A stretch of DNA of 64,000 nt, from positions 11,435 to 75,434 of the forward strand of contig CAZFKP010000009.1 of assembly GCA_964518725.1 (NCBI GenBank), in the 5' to 3' direction. The position numbers and the translations under genes are program-made. Under the pieces are notes generated by a model, which was not told where the DNA came from, ran no database searches, and was given only the letters and a program-made list of their open reading frames with translations. This stretch comes from an uncultured Rickettsiales bacterium (lineage in GTDB: Bacteria; Pseudomonadota; Alphaproteobacteria; Rickettsiales; SXRF01). Of the stretch, positions 57,092 to 64,000 are shown one piece after another; position 1 is the first letter of the stretch, and every line of letters begins with the position of its first letter.

Positions 57092-58022
57092 GCGGCTCGC
57101 GCCCAAGCAGCTGGCCTAACTCCCGCAACCAGGCGGTTTTGAAGGCATCGTAACGGTAGAGCGCCGCCGTCGCCTGGCCGGCTTCAGCACAGGCGGCCGC
57201 GAGTGTTTCATTCTCAAAGGCGCGCTGCACCATTTCCGGCACGCGACGCAAATCACGGATCGTGCCAACCATGCAATTCTGTCCGGGGCGCATGTAATCG
57301 CGTCCGGCAAGCCCATCGATGCCGGTCACCATCGTCCCCATCGCCATCGCCTCAAGCGGTACGAGGCCGAAACCTTCCGCAAGCGACAAATTAACGAGGT
57401 AGCGCACCGAACCGAGCCGCCGCAAAAATTCCGTGTGGCTTAAGCCACGCCCCTCAATGACCTGCGACAAGTCGATGGACGGCGCCGTTTTGCTTAGGCG
57501 ATGGCGCAGCACATCGAGCAATATTTTATGTTCGCGGGACGGATTCTTCATATACACCAGCGCCGAACCTTCCGGACGTTCGTGCCATGGCGTAACCGGC
57601 AGATTGCTCGGCTCGATGAAGGCGGGAATCACCGGTGTGGTGATGCCGTAAAGCGCGTGCACATAGCGCGACACGAGCTGACTTACCGAAATATAAAGAT
57701 CGAAGTGGCAATCGAGCAGCAGGAACGTCCGGAAATCCTGCACATACATCACTTTTTTCCCGGGAAGGCGGAGGCCGAACAGGAATTGCGAGAAAGACGG
57801 ATTGACCACCAGCACGTCATCCTTGGTGATGGATTTCTCCATCTCGCTAACGCCGATAGTCGGGAACTCCATCTCGTAGTCGAAAATTTTCTCGCCGGTA
57901 TCATAGATATGGGCGTCAACCGGCTCATAGCCAAAATGCCGGGCAAGCAGCAGGCCTATATGGTAGGCCATGTAGGCGCCGCCGGTCTGGATTTTTGCAC
58001 CCACGATATAAACTTTTGGCAT
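57081..58022 (-). CDS. GT-B glycosyltransferase (family 1/4-like)
   Basis: C-terminal E-x7-E region LAEGFGLVPLEAMAMGT. Confidence 0.75.
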   Translation of the reverse strand: MPKVYIVGAKIQTGGAYMAYHIGLLLARHFGYEPVDAHIYDTGEKIFDYEMEFPTIGVSEMEKSITKDDVLVVNPSFSQFLFGLRLPGKKVMYVQDFRTFLLLDCHFDLYISVSQLVSRYVHALYGITTPVIPAFIEPSNLPVTPWHERPEGSALVYMKNPSREHKILLDVLRHRLSKTAPSIDLSQVIEGRGLSHTEFLRRLGSVRYLVNLSLAEGFGLVPLEAMAMGTMVTGIDGLAGRDYMRPGQNCMVGTIRDLRRVPEMVQRAFENETLAAACAEAGQATAALYRYDAFKTAWLRELGQLLGREPHGA

Positions 58023-58089
58023 GTGCTTCCTTTTTGCTATACACAGCGTTAAGCCACAAAACCATCAACAGTTCAACGATAACCCACCC

Positions 58090-58770
58090 ATGCGCCGCCG
58101 CCGATTTTATTCTTATCACCCCCTCGTCAAGGCATTGCTGATATTCCTGCTGCTGCCATATGTGTTGTCGGTGCCGTACCAACTGATCCACCCGCCTTCG
58201 ACATTGATGCTCTATGACCTCGCGAAACTCCGACTGCCGGATCGCGATTGGGTTGGGCTGGATGCCATATCGCCTAATCTAGTGAAAGCGGTTATTACCT
58301 CGGAAGACAGCGCGTTCTGCGAACATTGGGGATTCGATTTTGACCAGCTGAAGAAATCGTGGCACAAGGCGCAGAAAAACGACGCACCGGTGAAGGCCAC
58401 CTCGACCATCACCCAGCAGCTCGCCAAAAACCTGTTTCTCTGGCATGGGCGGTCGTGGCTCAGAAAGGGGCTGGAAATACCCCTCACCTTCTGGCTGGAG
58501 ATGACCTGGAGCAAGCGGCAGATCATTGAAACCTACCTGAACGTCGTGGAATGGGACGATGGGGTCTATGGCGCAGAAGCCGCGGCACGGCATTATTTCG
58601 GCAAATCGGCGCGCAGCGTGAACATCGCACAGGCCGCGCTACTGGCCACCACTCTTCCAAACCCGGCAGAGCGCAACGCTGCCCACCCTGGCCCCGCACA
58701 GGCGATCATGTCGGCGCAACTGGTTGGCCGCGCGCTCAGAAGCACACCTGACCTCACGTGTATTCGCTAA
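58090..58770 (+). CDS. mtgA: monofunctional biosynthetic peptidoglycan transglycosylase
   Basis: N-terminal TM helix and the GT51 motifs ITSEDSAFCEHWGFD, STITQQLAKN and YLNVVEWDDGVYGAEAAA. ATG at 58090. Confidence 0.92.
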   Translation: MRRRRFYSYHPLVKALLIFLLLPYVLSVPYQLIHPPSTLMLYDLAKLRLPDRDWVGLDAISPNLVKAVITSEDSAFCEHWGFDFDQLKKSWHKAQKNDAPVKATSTITQQLAKNLFLWHGRSWLRKGLEIPLTFWLEMTWSKRQIIETYLNVVEWDDGVYGAEAAARHYFGKSARSVNIAQAALLATTLPNPAERNAAHPGPAQAIMSAQLVGRALRSTPDLTCIR

Positions 58771-58887
58771 TAATTAGCAACCCAATTACACTTTACTTTC
58801 AGACGGCAACTGGCTAACTAAGTGGCAATTAGATTCTGGAGCGTCCCCGACTAGCGCCATTGAGGCGCGCAGCCCGTGCGGCGCCAA

Positions 58888-58921
58888 GGAAAAAACAAAA
58901 ATCGCACTTTTTGTTTTTTCC
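58888..58921. repeat. perfect 14-bp A/T-rich inverted repeat (GGAAAAAACAAAAA-N6-TTTTTGTTTTTTCC)
   Basis: Read directly from the sequence: arms at 58888-58901 and 58908-58921, loop TCGCAC, 27 nt upstream of the sucB ATG. Confidence 0.9.
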
Positions 58922-58947
58922 TGAGCACACATTTTAGGAGAAATATT

Positions 58948-60114
58948 ATGGCGGGTGAAATCATTGTTCCAAGCTTGGGCGAGTCCGTTACCGAGGCGAC
59001 GATTGCCAAGTGGTTCAAGAAAGTTGGCGATTCCATCACGGCTGATGAACCGCTGGTTGAGCTGGAAACCGATAAAGTCACCATGGAAGTAAACGCCCCG
59101 GCCTCCGGCGCGCTGAAAGAAATCAAGGTGCCGGAAGGCAAAACGGTGAGTGTCGGCGCGTTGCTCGGCACCATCGATGTCAACGCCAAGGGCGCCGTGC
59201 CCGCTGTGAAATCGGCAGCGCCCGCCACCCCGGCCAATGCTGCACCGGCTGCAGCACCTGCCGCTGCGCCGCAGGCAGGCCCCGCCGCACGCAAACTGAT
59301 GGATGAAACCGGCGTGAAACCAGCTTCCGGCTCCGGCAAAGATGGCCGCGTGACGAAGGGCGATGTACTCTCAACGGCGAACAGCCCGGCTGCAGCGCCA
59401 GTTGCAACTGGCGTGCGCGCAGAAGAACGCGTCAAAATGAGCAAGCTGCGGCAGGTGATCGCCAAGCGCCTGAAGGAATCGCAGAATACGGCGGCGATCC
59501 TCACCACTTTCAACGAAATTGACATGAGCAACGTGATTTCGCTCCGCGCCGATTACAAAGACCTGTTCGAGAAAAAATACGGCCTGCGCCTTGGCTTCAT
59601 GGGCTTCTTCGTGAAGGCGGCCTGCGCGGCACTCAAGGAAATCCCCGCCGTGAATGCAACCATCGACGGCGATGAAATCATTTATAAAAACTACTGCGAT
59701 GTTGGCGTCGCCGTGGGCACCGACCAGGGGCTGGTTGTGCCGGTAGTTCGCAATGCCGATTCAATGTCGATCATGGAAATTGAAGCGGAAATCGCCCGCC
59801 TTGCCGCCAAAGCCCGCGAAGGCACGCTTGCCATGTCAGATCTTTCCGGCGGCACCTTTACCGTATCCAATGGCGGCGTCTACGGCAGCCTGATGAGCAC
59901 TCCGATTATCAACCCGCCGCAATCGGGCATCCTCGGCATGCACAAGACCGAGGAACGGCCTATTGCCATTAAAGGTCAGGTAGTGATCCGCCCGATGATG
60001 TATGTGGCGCTGTCTTATGACCACCGGATCATCGACGGCAAGGAGTCGGTGACGTTCCTGGTTCGCATCAAAGAAGCCATCGAAGACCCGCGCAGGCTGC
60101 TGCTTGGGCTATAA
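58948..60114 (+). CDS. sucB: dihydrolipoyllysine-residue succinyltransferase (2-oxoglutarate dehydrogenase E2)
   Basis: Single lipoyl domain ([10 protein letters not shown]), Ala/Pro linker, E3-binding domain and catalytic [16 protein letters not shown] at 58948 follows an AGGAG. An E2 of another 2-oxoacid complex is not fully excluded. Confidence 0.8.
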   Translation: MAGEIIVPSLGESVTEATIAKWFKKVGDSITADEPLVELETDKVTMEVNAPASGALKEIKVPEGKTVSVGALLGTIDVNAKGAVPAVKSAAPATPANAAPAAAPAAAPQAGPAARKLMDETGVKPASGSGKDGRVTKGDVLSTANSPAAAPVATGVRAEERVKMSKLRQVIAKRLKESQNTAAILTTFNEIDMSNVISLRADYKDLFEKKYGLRLGFMGFFVKAACAALKEIPAVNATIDGDEIIYKNYCDVGVAVGTDQGLVVPVVRNADSMSIMEIEAEIARLAAKAREGTLAMSDLSGGTFTVSNGGVYGSLMSTPIINPPQSGILGMHKTEERPIAIKGQVVIRPMMYVALSYDHRIIDGKESVTFLVRIKEAIEDPRRLLLGL

Positions 60115-60129
60115 TCCGGCCTTTAACAC

Positions 60130-60157
60130 TTGAAATTTGTTAAATTTGTACTATATA
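60130..60157 (+). promoter_or_regulatory. candidate sigma70 promoter with embedded 9-bp tandem repeat
   Basis: TTGAAA (60130-60135), 16-nt spacer, then TATATA (60152-60157). The spacer holds AAATTTGTT/AAATTTGTA in tandem (60133-60150). Confidence 0.4.
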
Positions 60158-60224
60158 GTTAACCAATAGCATCCATTGGCGGCTGCTTGACGGTCGCCGT
60201 TGAATTACATCAGGAGTTTTCCCC

Positions 60225-60803
60225 ATGCGCCGTTTGTTGGTTATTTCTACGATTCTCGCCTTGTCTACGAATGCAGCCCTTGCTCAGGATACGCCGGTGT
60301 TCAAGCCGCTCGATCCCAGCATGCAGGTTGCGCCCATTACGGCGACACCTGCGCCAAGTCCCACGGTAGCCACTCCAGCACCGGCTCCCGCTGCTGCACC
60401 TGCGTCACTGCCGGTTGCGCGCAATGGCGAGGTCATTGATTCGGTCGGTGGCGGCGCCATTCCGTCCCTTCCGCTCGAATTGACCACGGAAAATGGCGTG
60501 TCATATATCTCCGGCGGCATCGGCGATGAAGAAAAAGACCAGCTAAAAACGCAGGAGGGTCAGTTCAACCTGCGTCTGCAAATTGTCGGGCTGAACGGTG
60601 AGTTCTTAAGCGATGTACGGATGGTACTTAAAGATGCAAAGGGCGCAACGCTGGTCAGCATGAATGACGCCGGCCCCTTTGTGTATATGCAGGTAGCACC
60701 CGGACAGTATTCAGCCGAACTGATCCGCGTCAACGGCAACAGCAAAACCAGCACCCTCAAAGTTCCGGCCAAGGGCGCGCTAAAAACGGCGATCCGGTTT
60801 TAG
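60225..60803 (+). CDS. hypothetical secreted protein (192 aa)
   Basis: Signal peptide MRRLLVISTILALSTNAALA, a Pro/Thr/Ala linker and a beta-rich C-domain reminiscent of the carboxypeptidase-regulatory-like fold (tentative). Confidence 0.5.
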   Translation: MRRLLVISTILALSTNAALAQDTPVFKPLDPSMQVAPITATPAPSPTVATPAPAPAAAPASLPVARNGEVIDSVGGGAIPSLPLELTTENGVSYISGGIGDEEKDQLKTQEGQFNLRLQIVGLNGEFLSDVRMVLKDAKGATLVSMNDAGPFVYMQVAPGQYSAELIRVNGNSKTSTLKVPAKGALKTAIRF

Positions 60804-61711
60804 GATCGTCCCAGCGTGCTGCAAATCGCCTGCGTCAGGTCGGCACGGTTCAGCGTGTAAAAATGTAAATCCTCGCAGCCGAAGTCCATGAGCTTGTGGC
60901 ATTGCTCGGCAGCCACATCCACCGCCTGCAGGAACCGTGGTTCCGGCTTATCTTCCAACCCCTCAAACCGCTGCTCTAGCCAGACGGGTACACTCGCCCC
61001 GCACATGGCGGAGAATTTTCTGACCTGCGCTAAATTACCCACCGGCAGAATACCGGGAATGACGGGTATCGTAATACCGGCCTTCCGCACCCGCTCGATG
61101 AAACGGAAATAATGCTCGACATCGAAGAAATACTGGGTAATGGCACGCGTGGCGCCAGCGTCGATTTTCATTTTCAAATAGTCGATATCGGCATCAAAAC
61201 TTGCGCTATCGGGGTGTTTTTCCGGAAATGCCGCCACAGAAATTTCAAAATCGGCAATGCGCTTTAGTCCCGCCACCAGGTCACAACTATAACGGTAGCC
61301 TTCCGGATGCGGCGCGTAGGACGACGCGCCTTGCGGCGGGTCGCCGCGCAGTGCCACAATATGTTTTACCCCAGCGTCCCAATAGGCGCGCGCCACGGCA
61401 TCAACCTCGGCACGGCTGGCATTAACGCAGGTCAGGTGGGCGGCGGGCTTTAGGGAAGTATCTTTGGCCAGTTTGGCGACAATGTCATGGGTGCGTTCGC
61501 GGGTAGAGCCGCCAGCACCGTAGGTTACTGAGACAAACTCCGGAGCAAGTGGCGCAAGCGTCTGCACAACCTCCCACAGCTTGGCCTCCATCTCCGCTGT
61601 CTTGGGCGGGAAAAACTCGAACGACACACGGGGCGGCGTGCGGTTAAATCGTGTGGCAGGTAGCGTATCGGTCACCGCGCAAATCCTTTGTGGCGTTTGT
61701 GCAACAGGCAC
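60800..61711 (-). CDS. metF: methylenetetrahydrofolate reductase
   Basis: VSFEFFPPKT, SVTYGAGGSTR, HLTC and LRGDPP. The start is GTG (61711, or an internal GTG a few codons downstream). Confidence 0.92.
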   Translation of the reverse strand: MPVAQTPQRICAVTDTLPATRFNRTPPRVSFEFFPPKTAEMEAKLWEVVQTLAPLAPEFVSVTYGAGGSTRERTHDIVAKLAKDTSLKPAAHLTCVNASRAEVDAVARAYWDAGVKHIVALRGDPPQGASSYAPHPEGYRYSCDLVAGLKRIADFEISVAAFPEKHPDSASFDADIDYLKMKIDAGATRAITQYFFDVEHYFRFIERVRKAGITIPVIPGILPVGNLAQVRKFSAMCGASVPVWLEQRFEGLEDKPEPRFLQAVDVAAEQCHKLMDFGCEDLHFYTLNRADLTQAICSTLGRS

Positions 61712-61832
61712 GTAAAATGTTGGTTATGCCCCAACACATCACGTTTTTTTTATGAATTACCCATGTACTAGAACACTAAATTAACTATAACAAGTCAATA
61801 TAGCGTTAGACAGATTACGTTCAGGAGATACC

Positions 61833-62576
61833 ATGACCTTTGCTACACCGAACCGCTTTAAACTCGCGATGGTTGCCGCCGCAGCTCTGCTGGCAACTGC
61901 CTGTGCTGCCGTTGATGGCAGTGAGAATGATCCGTGGGAACCGTTTAACCGCGGCATGTACCGCATGAATGACGTGATTGATGGGCTGGTTCTGAAACCC
62001 ATCACCCAGATTTACCGTGGCGTCATTCCTGAACCCGGCCAGAAAGCCGTGCATAATTTTGTGCTGAACCTGCAAGAGCCGATCACATTCGGTAACTCAG
62101 TGCTTCAGGCTGATCCGCAAAACAGCTTCACCTCTCTCTGGCGCTTCTTGCTAAACAGCACCGTGGGTGTCGGTGGCCTGTTTGACGTGGCAAGCGCTGT
62201 CGGCCTGATTGAGCGCCGCACCGATTTCGGCCAGACGCTGGCGCTGTACGGTATCGAATCCGGTCCCTACCTGTTCCTGCCGATCCTTGGCCCCTCCAGC
62301 GCACGTGACGGGCTCGGTCGAATTGCCGATGCGTTCATGCACCCGGCAAGCTATGTCGATAACACCGGCACGTCGGTTGCACTGTGGACAATCACAGCAG
62401 TTGATACGCGCTCCGACCTGTTCGATGTGATCGAAGACGTCCGCAAGTCGTCACTGGATCCTTATGTCACCTTCCGCAGCGCCTACTCGCAGCGCCGCGC
62501 AAACGATATCAAAAAAGCGCGCGCAGCACGTAATGCGGCCTGGGAAAAAGCAAAAGGCAGCCAATGCGGAAAATAA
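61833..62576 (+). CDS. mlaA: MlaA/VacJ family outer-membrane lipoprotein
   Basis: Lipobox LLATAC, DPWEPFNR and the LPILGPSSARDG motif. Confidence 0.9.
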   Translation: MTFATPNRFKLAMVAAAALLATACAAVDGSENDPWEPFNRGMYRMNDVIDGLVLKPITQIYRGVIPEPGQKAVHNFVLNLQEPITFGNSVLQADPQNSFTSLWRFLLNSTVGVGGLFDVASAVGLIERRTDFGQTLALYGIESGPYLFLPILGPSSARDGLGRIADAFMHPASYVDNTGTSVALWTITAVDTRSDLFDVIEDVRKSSLDPYVTFRSAYSQRRANDIKKARAARNAAWEKAKGSQCGK

Positions 62577-63160
62577 CCGGGCGGTTCGCCGCGCTTGCCT
62601 GCGTTGCATTGCTGCTCGCTGGCCAACAGGATGCCGTTGCCAAGCAAAGCGGTGCGGCGGCCTATATCGAGTCTGTCGGGCATCAGGCGCTAGCAACGAT
62701 CAGTGACAAAGCGCTCTCCAAAGACAAGAAGCAAGCGACCCTGGAAAAAATTTTCAAGGGAAATCTCGATTTTGAATGGGTGGCGAAGTTCGTCATGGGG
62801 CGCTTCTGGAAACAGGCAACAGATGTCCAGAAGAAACGCTATCTGGCAGCCTACACCGAATTCCTGACCAAGAACTACACCGCTCGCTTTTCCGATTATA
62901 CCAGCGGCAGTTTTAACGTCACCGGCGAACGTCCGCTTGAGTCGGGTGAGTCGGTAGTCAGCATGGAAATCGTTTCCAGCAATCAAGGGGAGCCACCGAT
63001 CCTGATCGACTACAAAGTGCGTAAATCCGGCGGCAGCTTCAAAGTCTTCGACATTATCGTCGAGGGGGTCAGCCTGCTGACCACCCAGCGCTCCGAATTT
63101 GGCTCAGTGCTCAATAAAAGCGGCATTGACGGCCTGATCGCCCAACTTGAAGCCAAATAG
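62564..63160 (+). CDS. mlaC: phospholipid-binding periplasmic protein MlaC (Ttg2D/toluene-tolerance family)
   Basis: Signal peptide plus MlaC-like motifs (FEWVAKFVMGRFWK, Y..FL...Y). Overlaps mlaA by 13 nt. Confidence 0.8.
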   Translation: MRKITGRFAALACVALLLAGQQDAVAKQSGAAAYIESVGHQALATISDKALSKDKKQATLEKIFKGNLDFEWVAKFVMGRFWKQATDVQKKRYLAAYTEFLTKNYTARFSDYTSGSFNVTGERPLESGESVVSMEIVSSNQGEPPILIDYKVRKSGGSFKVFDIIVEGVSLLTTQRSEFGSVLNKSGIDGLIAQLEAK

Positions 63161-63194
63161 CGCCCCTTGTAATTCTCTGCGATCCACGCTACAA

Positions 63195-63370
63195 TCGGCA
63201 CCTGAACGGTACTGCCCGGTTCGTCAGGCACAATTGTCCTTGGACCGATAATCTTCTCGTAGGGAACTGTCACTAGTGGGGGTCTTGCCCTTGCATATAT
63301 GGTGCCCACCTTAACTTACGGGTCGCATGCGACTTGTTTCGCCAACGGCCAGGGTGGTTCCGTTCATTTT
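63195..63370 (-). ncRNA. ssrS: candidate 6S RNA (approximate ends)
   Basis: A 220-bp ORF-free gap lies immediately downstream of zapA, the conserved position of ssrS in proteobacteria. On the minus strand, GAACGG (63364-63359) pairs with CCGUUC (63209-63204). Further imperfect pairing follows (CCC/GGG, GG/CC, CGUUGG/UCUGACG-type with wobbles), along with an internal GUCGCAUGCGAC hairpin. I could not complete the fold by hand. Confidence 0.4.
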
Positions 63371-63380
63371 TAGATGAAGC

Positions 63381-63758
63381 CTACCTCACCTCCACCTGAT
63401 CGGCGATTTTCTCAATCCGCACCGCAAGCTCCGTCAGGGTCTCGAGCATGACTGCCTCTAACTCACCGACTTTGCCAGCATCACCCGGTGGGCGCATCTG
63501 GCCAAGGCGCTGAGTCAGGCCGCGCACCTCCTTGCCAAGCCTATCAATTTCTTTTTTATTCTCAATTGCTTCATCCGACATCATGAGGCCGGCAAGCACC
63601 AGCGCCATCACCTCGCCGGGGTTACCCCCCATCTGGTAGGCTAGCTGGTTGATCCGTTCGTCCAGATCGAAGGACAGAGAGCGCAGATGCTCTTCTTGCC
63701 CGTCATCGCAGGCAATTTGGTATTCTTTGCCGTTAATCCTAATCGGTACCGCGCTCAT
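63381..63758 (-). CDS. zapA: cell division protein ZapA
   Basis: 125 aa: VPIRINGKEYQIACDDGQEEHL... followed by a coiled-coil tail. Confidence 0.85.
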   Translation of the reverse strand: MSAVPIRINGKEYQIACDDGQEEHLRSLSFDLDERINQLAYQMGGNPGEVMALVLAGLMMSDEAIENKKEIDRLGKEVRGLTQRLGQMRPPGDAGKVGELEAVMLETLTELAVRIEKIADQVEVR

Positions 63759-63918
63759 ACGCCCTCATATAATTCATTATTAATCAATATGTTGTTGTTG
63801 ATGCTAGCATAGATTACAGCCCGTTCACATAAAAAAATGCCATTGTCACATTAGTTTCACGCAGATTTAAGCCATTTTGCGTTAAAGTAAGGGGGTAACA
63901 ATAGGTTTGAAGAATATT

Positions 63919-64000
63919 ATGGCCGATCCAATTCCAGAAGACAGCTCGCTATCGGTTCGCGAATCCATTCGCGCCCGCGTTTTTAGCGCAACGCAAACCG
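63919..64000 (+). CDS. possible 5' end of a CDS running off the window
   Basis: ATG at 63919 after a purine-rich stretch (AAGGGGG is about 30 nt upstream, so the SD is poor). The frame is open to the window end (MADPIPEDSSLSVRESIRARVFSATQT), which is too short to identify. Confidence 0.25.
   Translation, partial: MADPIPEDSSLSVRESIRARVFSATQT

Noticed and set aside
58864-58885. GC hairpin as the mtgA rho-independent terminator
   Set aside because: The stem is imperfect (5 bp, a bulge, then 3 bp). It is followed by an A-run rather than a T-tract on the mtgA strand and lies 94 nt after the stop.
58851-59531. 226-aa minus-strand ORF
   Set aside because: Antisense to the sucB lipoyl and linker region. 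The Ala/Gly/Ser/Thr repeats mirror the Ala/Pro linker of SucB.
63195-63370. tRNA, SRP RNA or tmRNA in the zapA-downstream gap
   Set aside because: GGTTCG occurs at about 63218 (plus strand), but there is no T-loop/acceptor context or cloverleaf and no SRP GGAA tetraloop domain-IV motif. 6S RNA by synteny is the better, though unproven, explanation.

Overview
GC-rich, very gene-dense chromosomal segment: about 70 CDS, many with 4-nt overlaps or abutting stops. The gene order is alphaproteobacterial: rplU-rpmA-obg, proB-proA-nadD-rsfS-rlmH, rsmI-yraN-BON-gshB, lspA-ribF, mlaA-mlaC and zapA. All gene identifications rest on motifs and synteny read by eye from the supplied translations; no database search was possible. 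The content is overwhelmingly housekeeping: translation, envelope, central metabolism, DNA repair and secretion. I found no rRNA, tRNA, CRISPR array, transposase, integrase or phage genes, and no clear multi-gene novel system. The stretches that housekeeping does not explain are listed here. (1) A monocistronic VirB2/TrbC-type T4SS pilin gene with no secretion machinery nearby. (2) A low-GC XRE regulator plus small-ORF cassette with palindromic operators, inserted into the normally contiguous nadD-rsfS-rlmH operon. (3) A Tat-signal, divergent SCO1-like protein paired with a His-rich polytopic membrane protein. (4) A Tpa1/P4H-like 2OG-Fe(II) oxygenase translationally coupled to obg in the rplU-rpmA-obg operon. 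(5) A sharp GC drop confined to the 3' third of gltX. (6) A sulfotransferase-glycosyltransferase pair. (7) A 220-bp gap downstream of zapA that is a candidate 6S RNA. Several classical operons are fragmented here: secF without secD, sucB without sucA, phoU without pst, virB2 without virB3-11.
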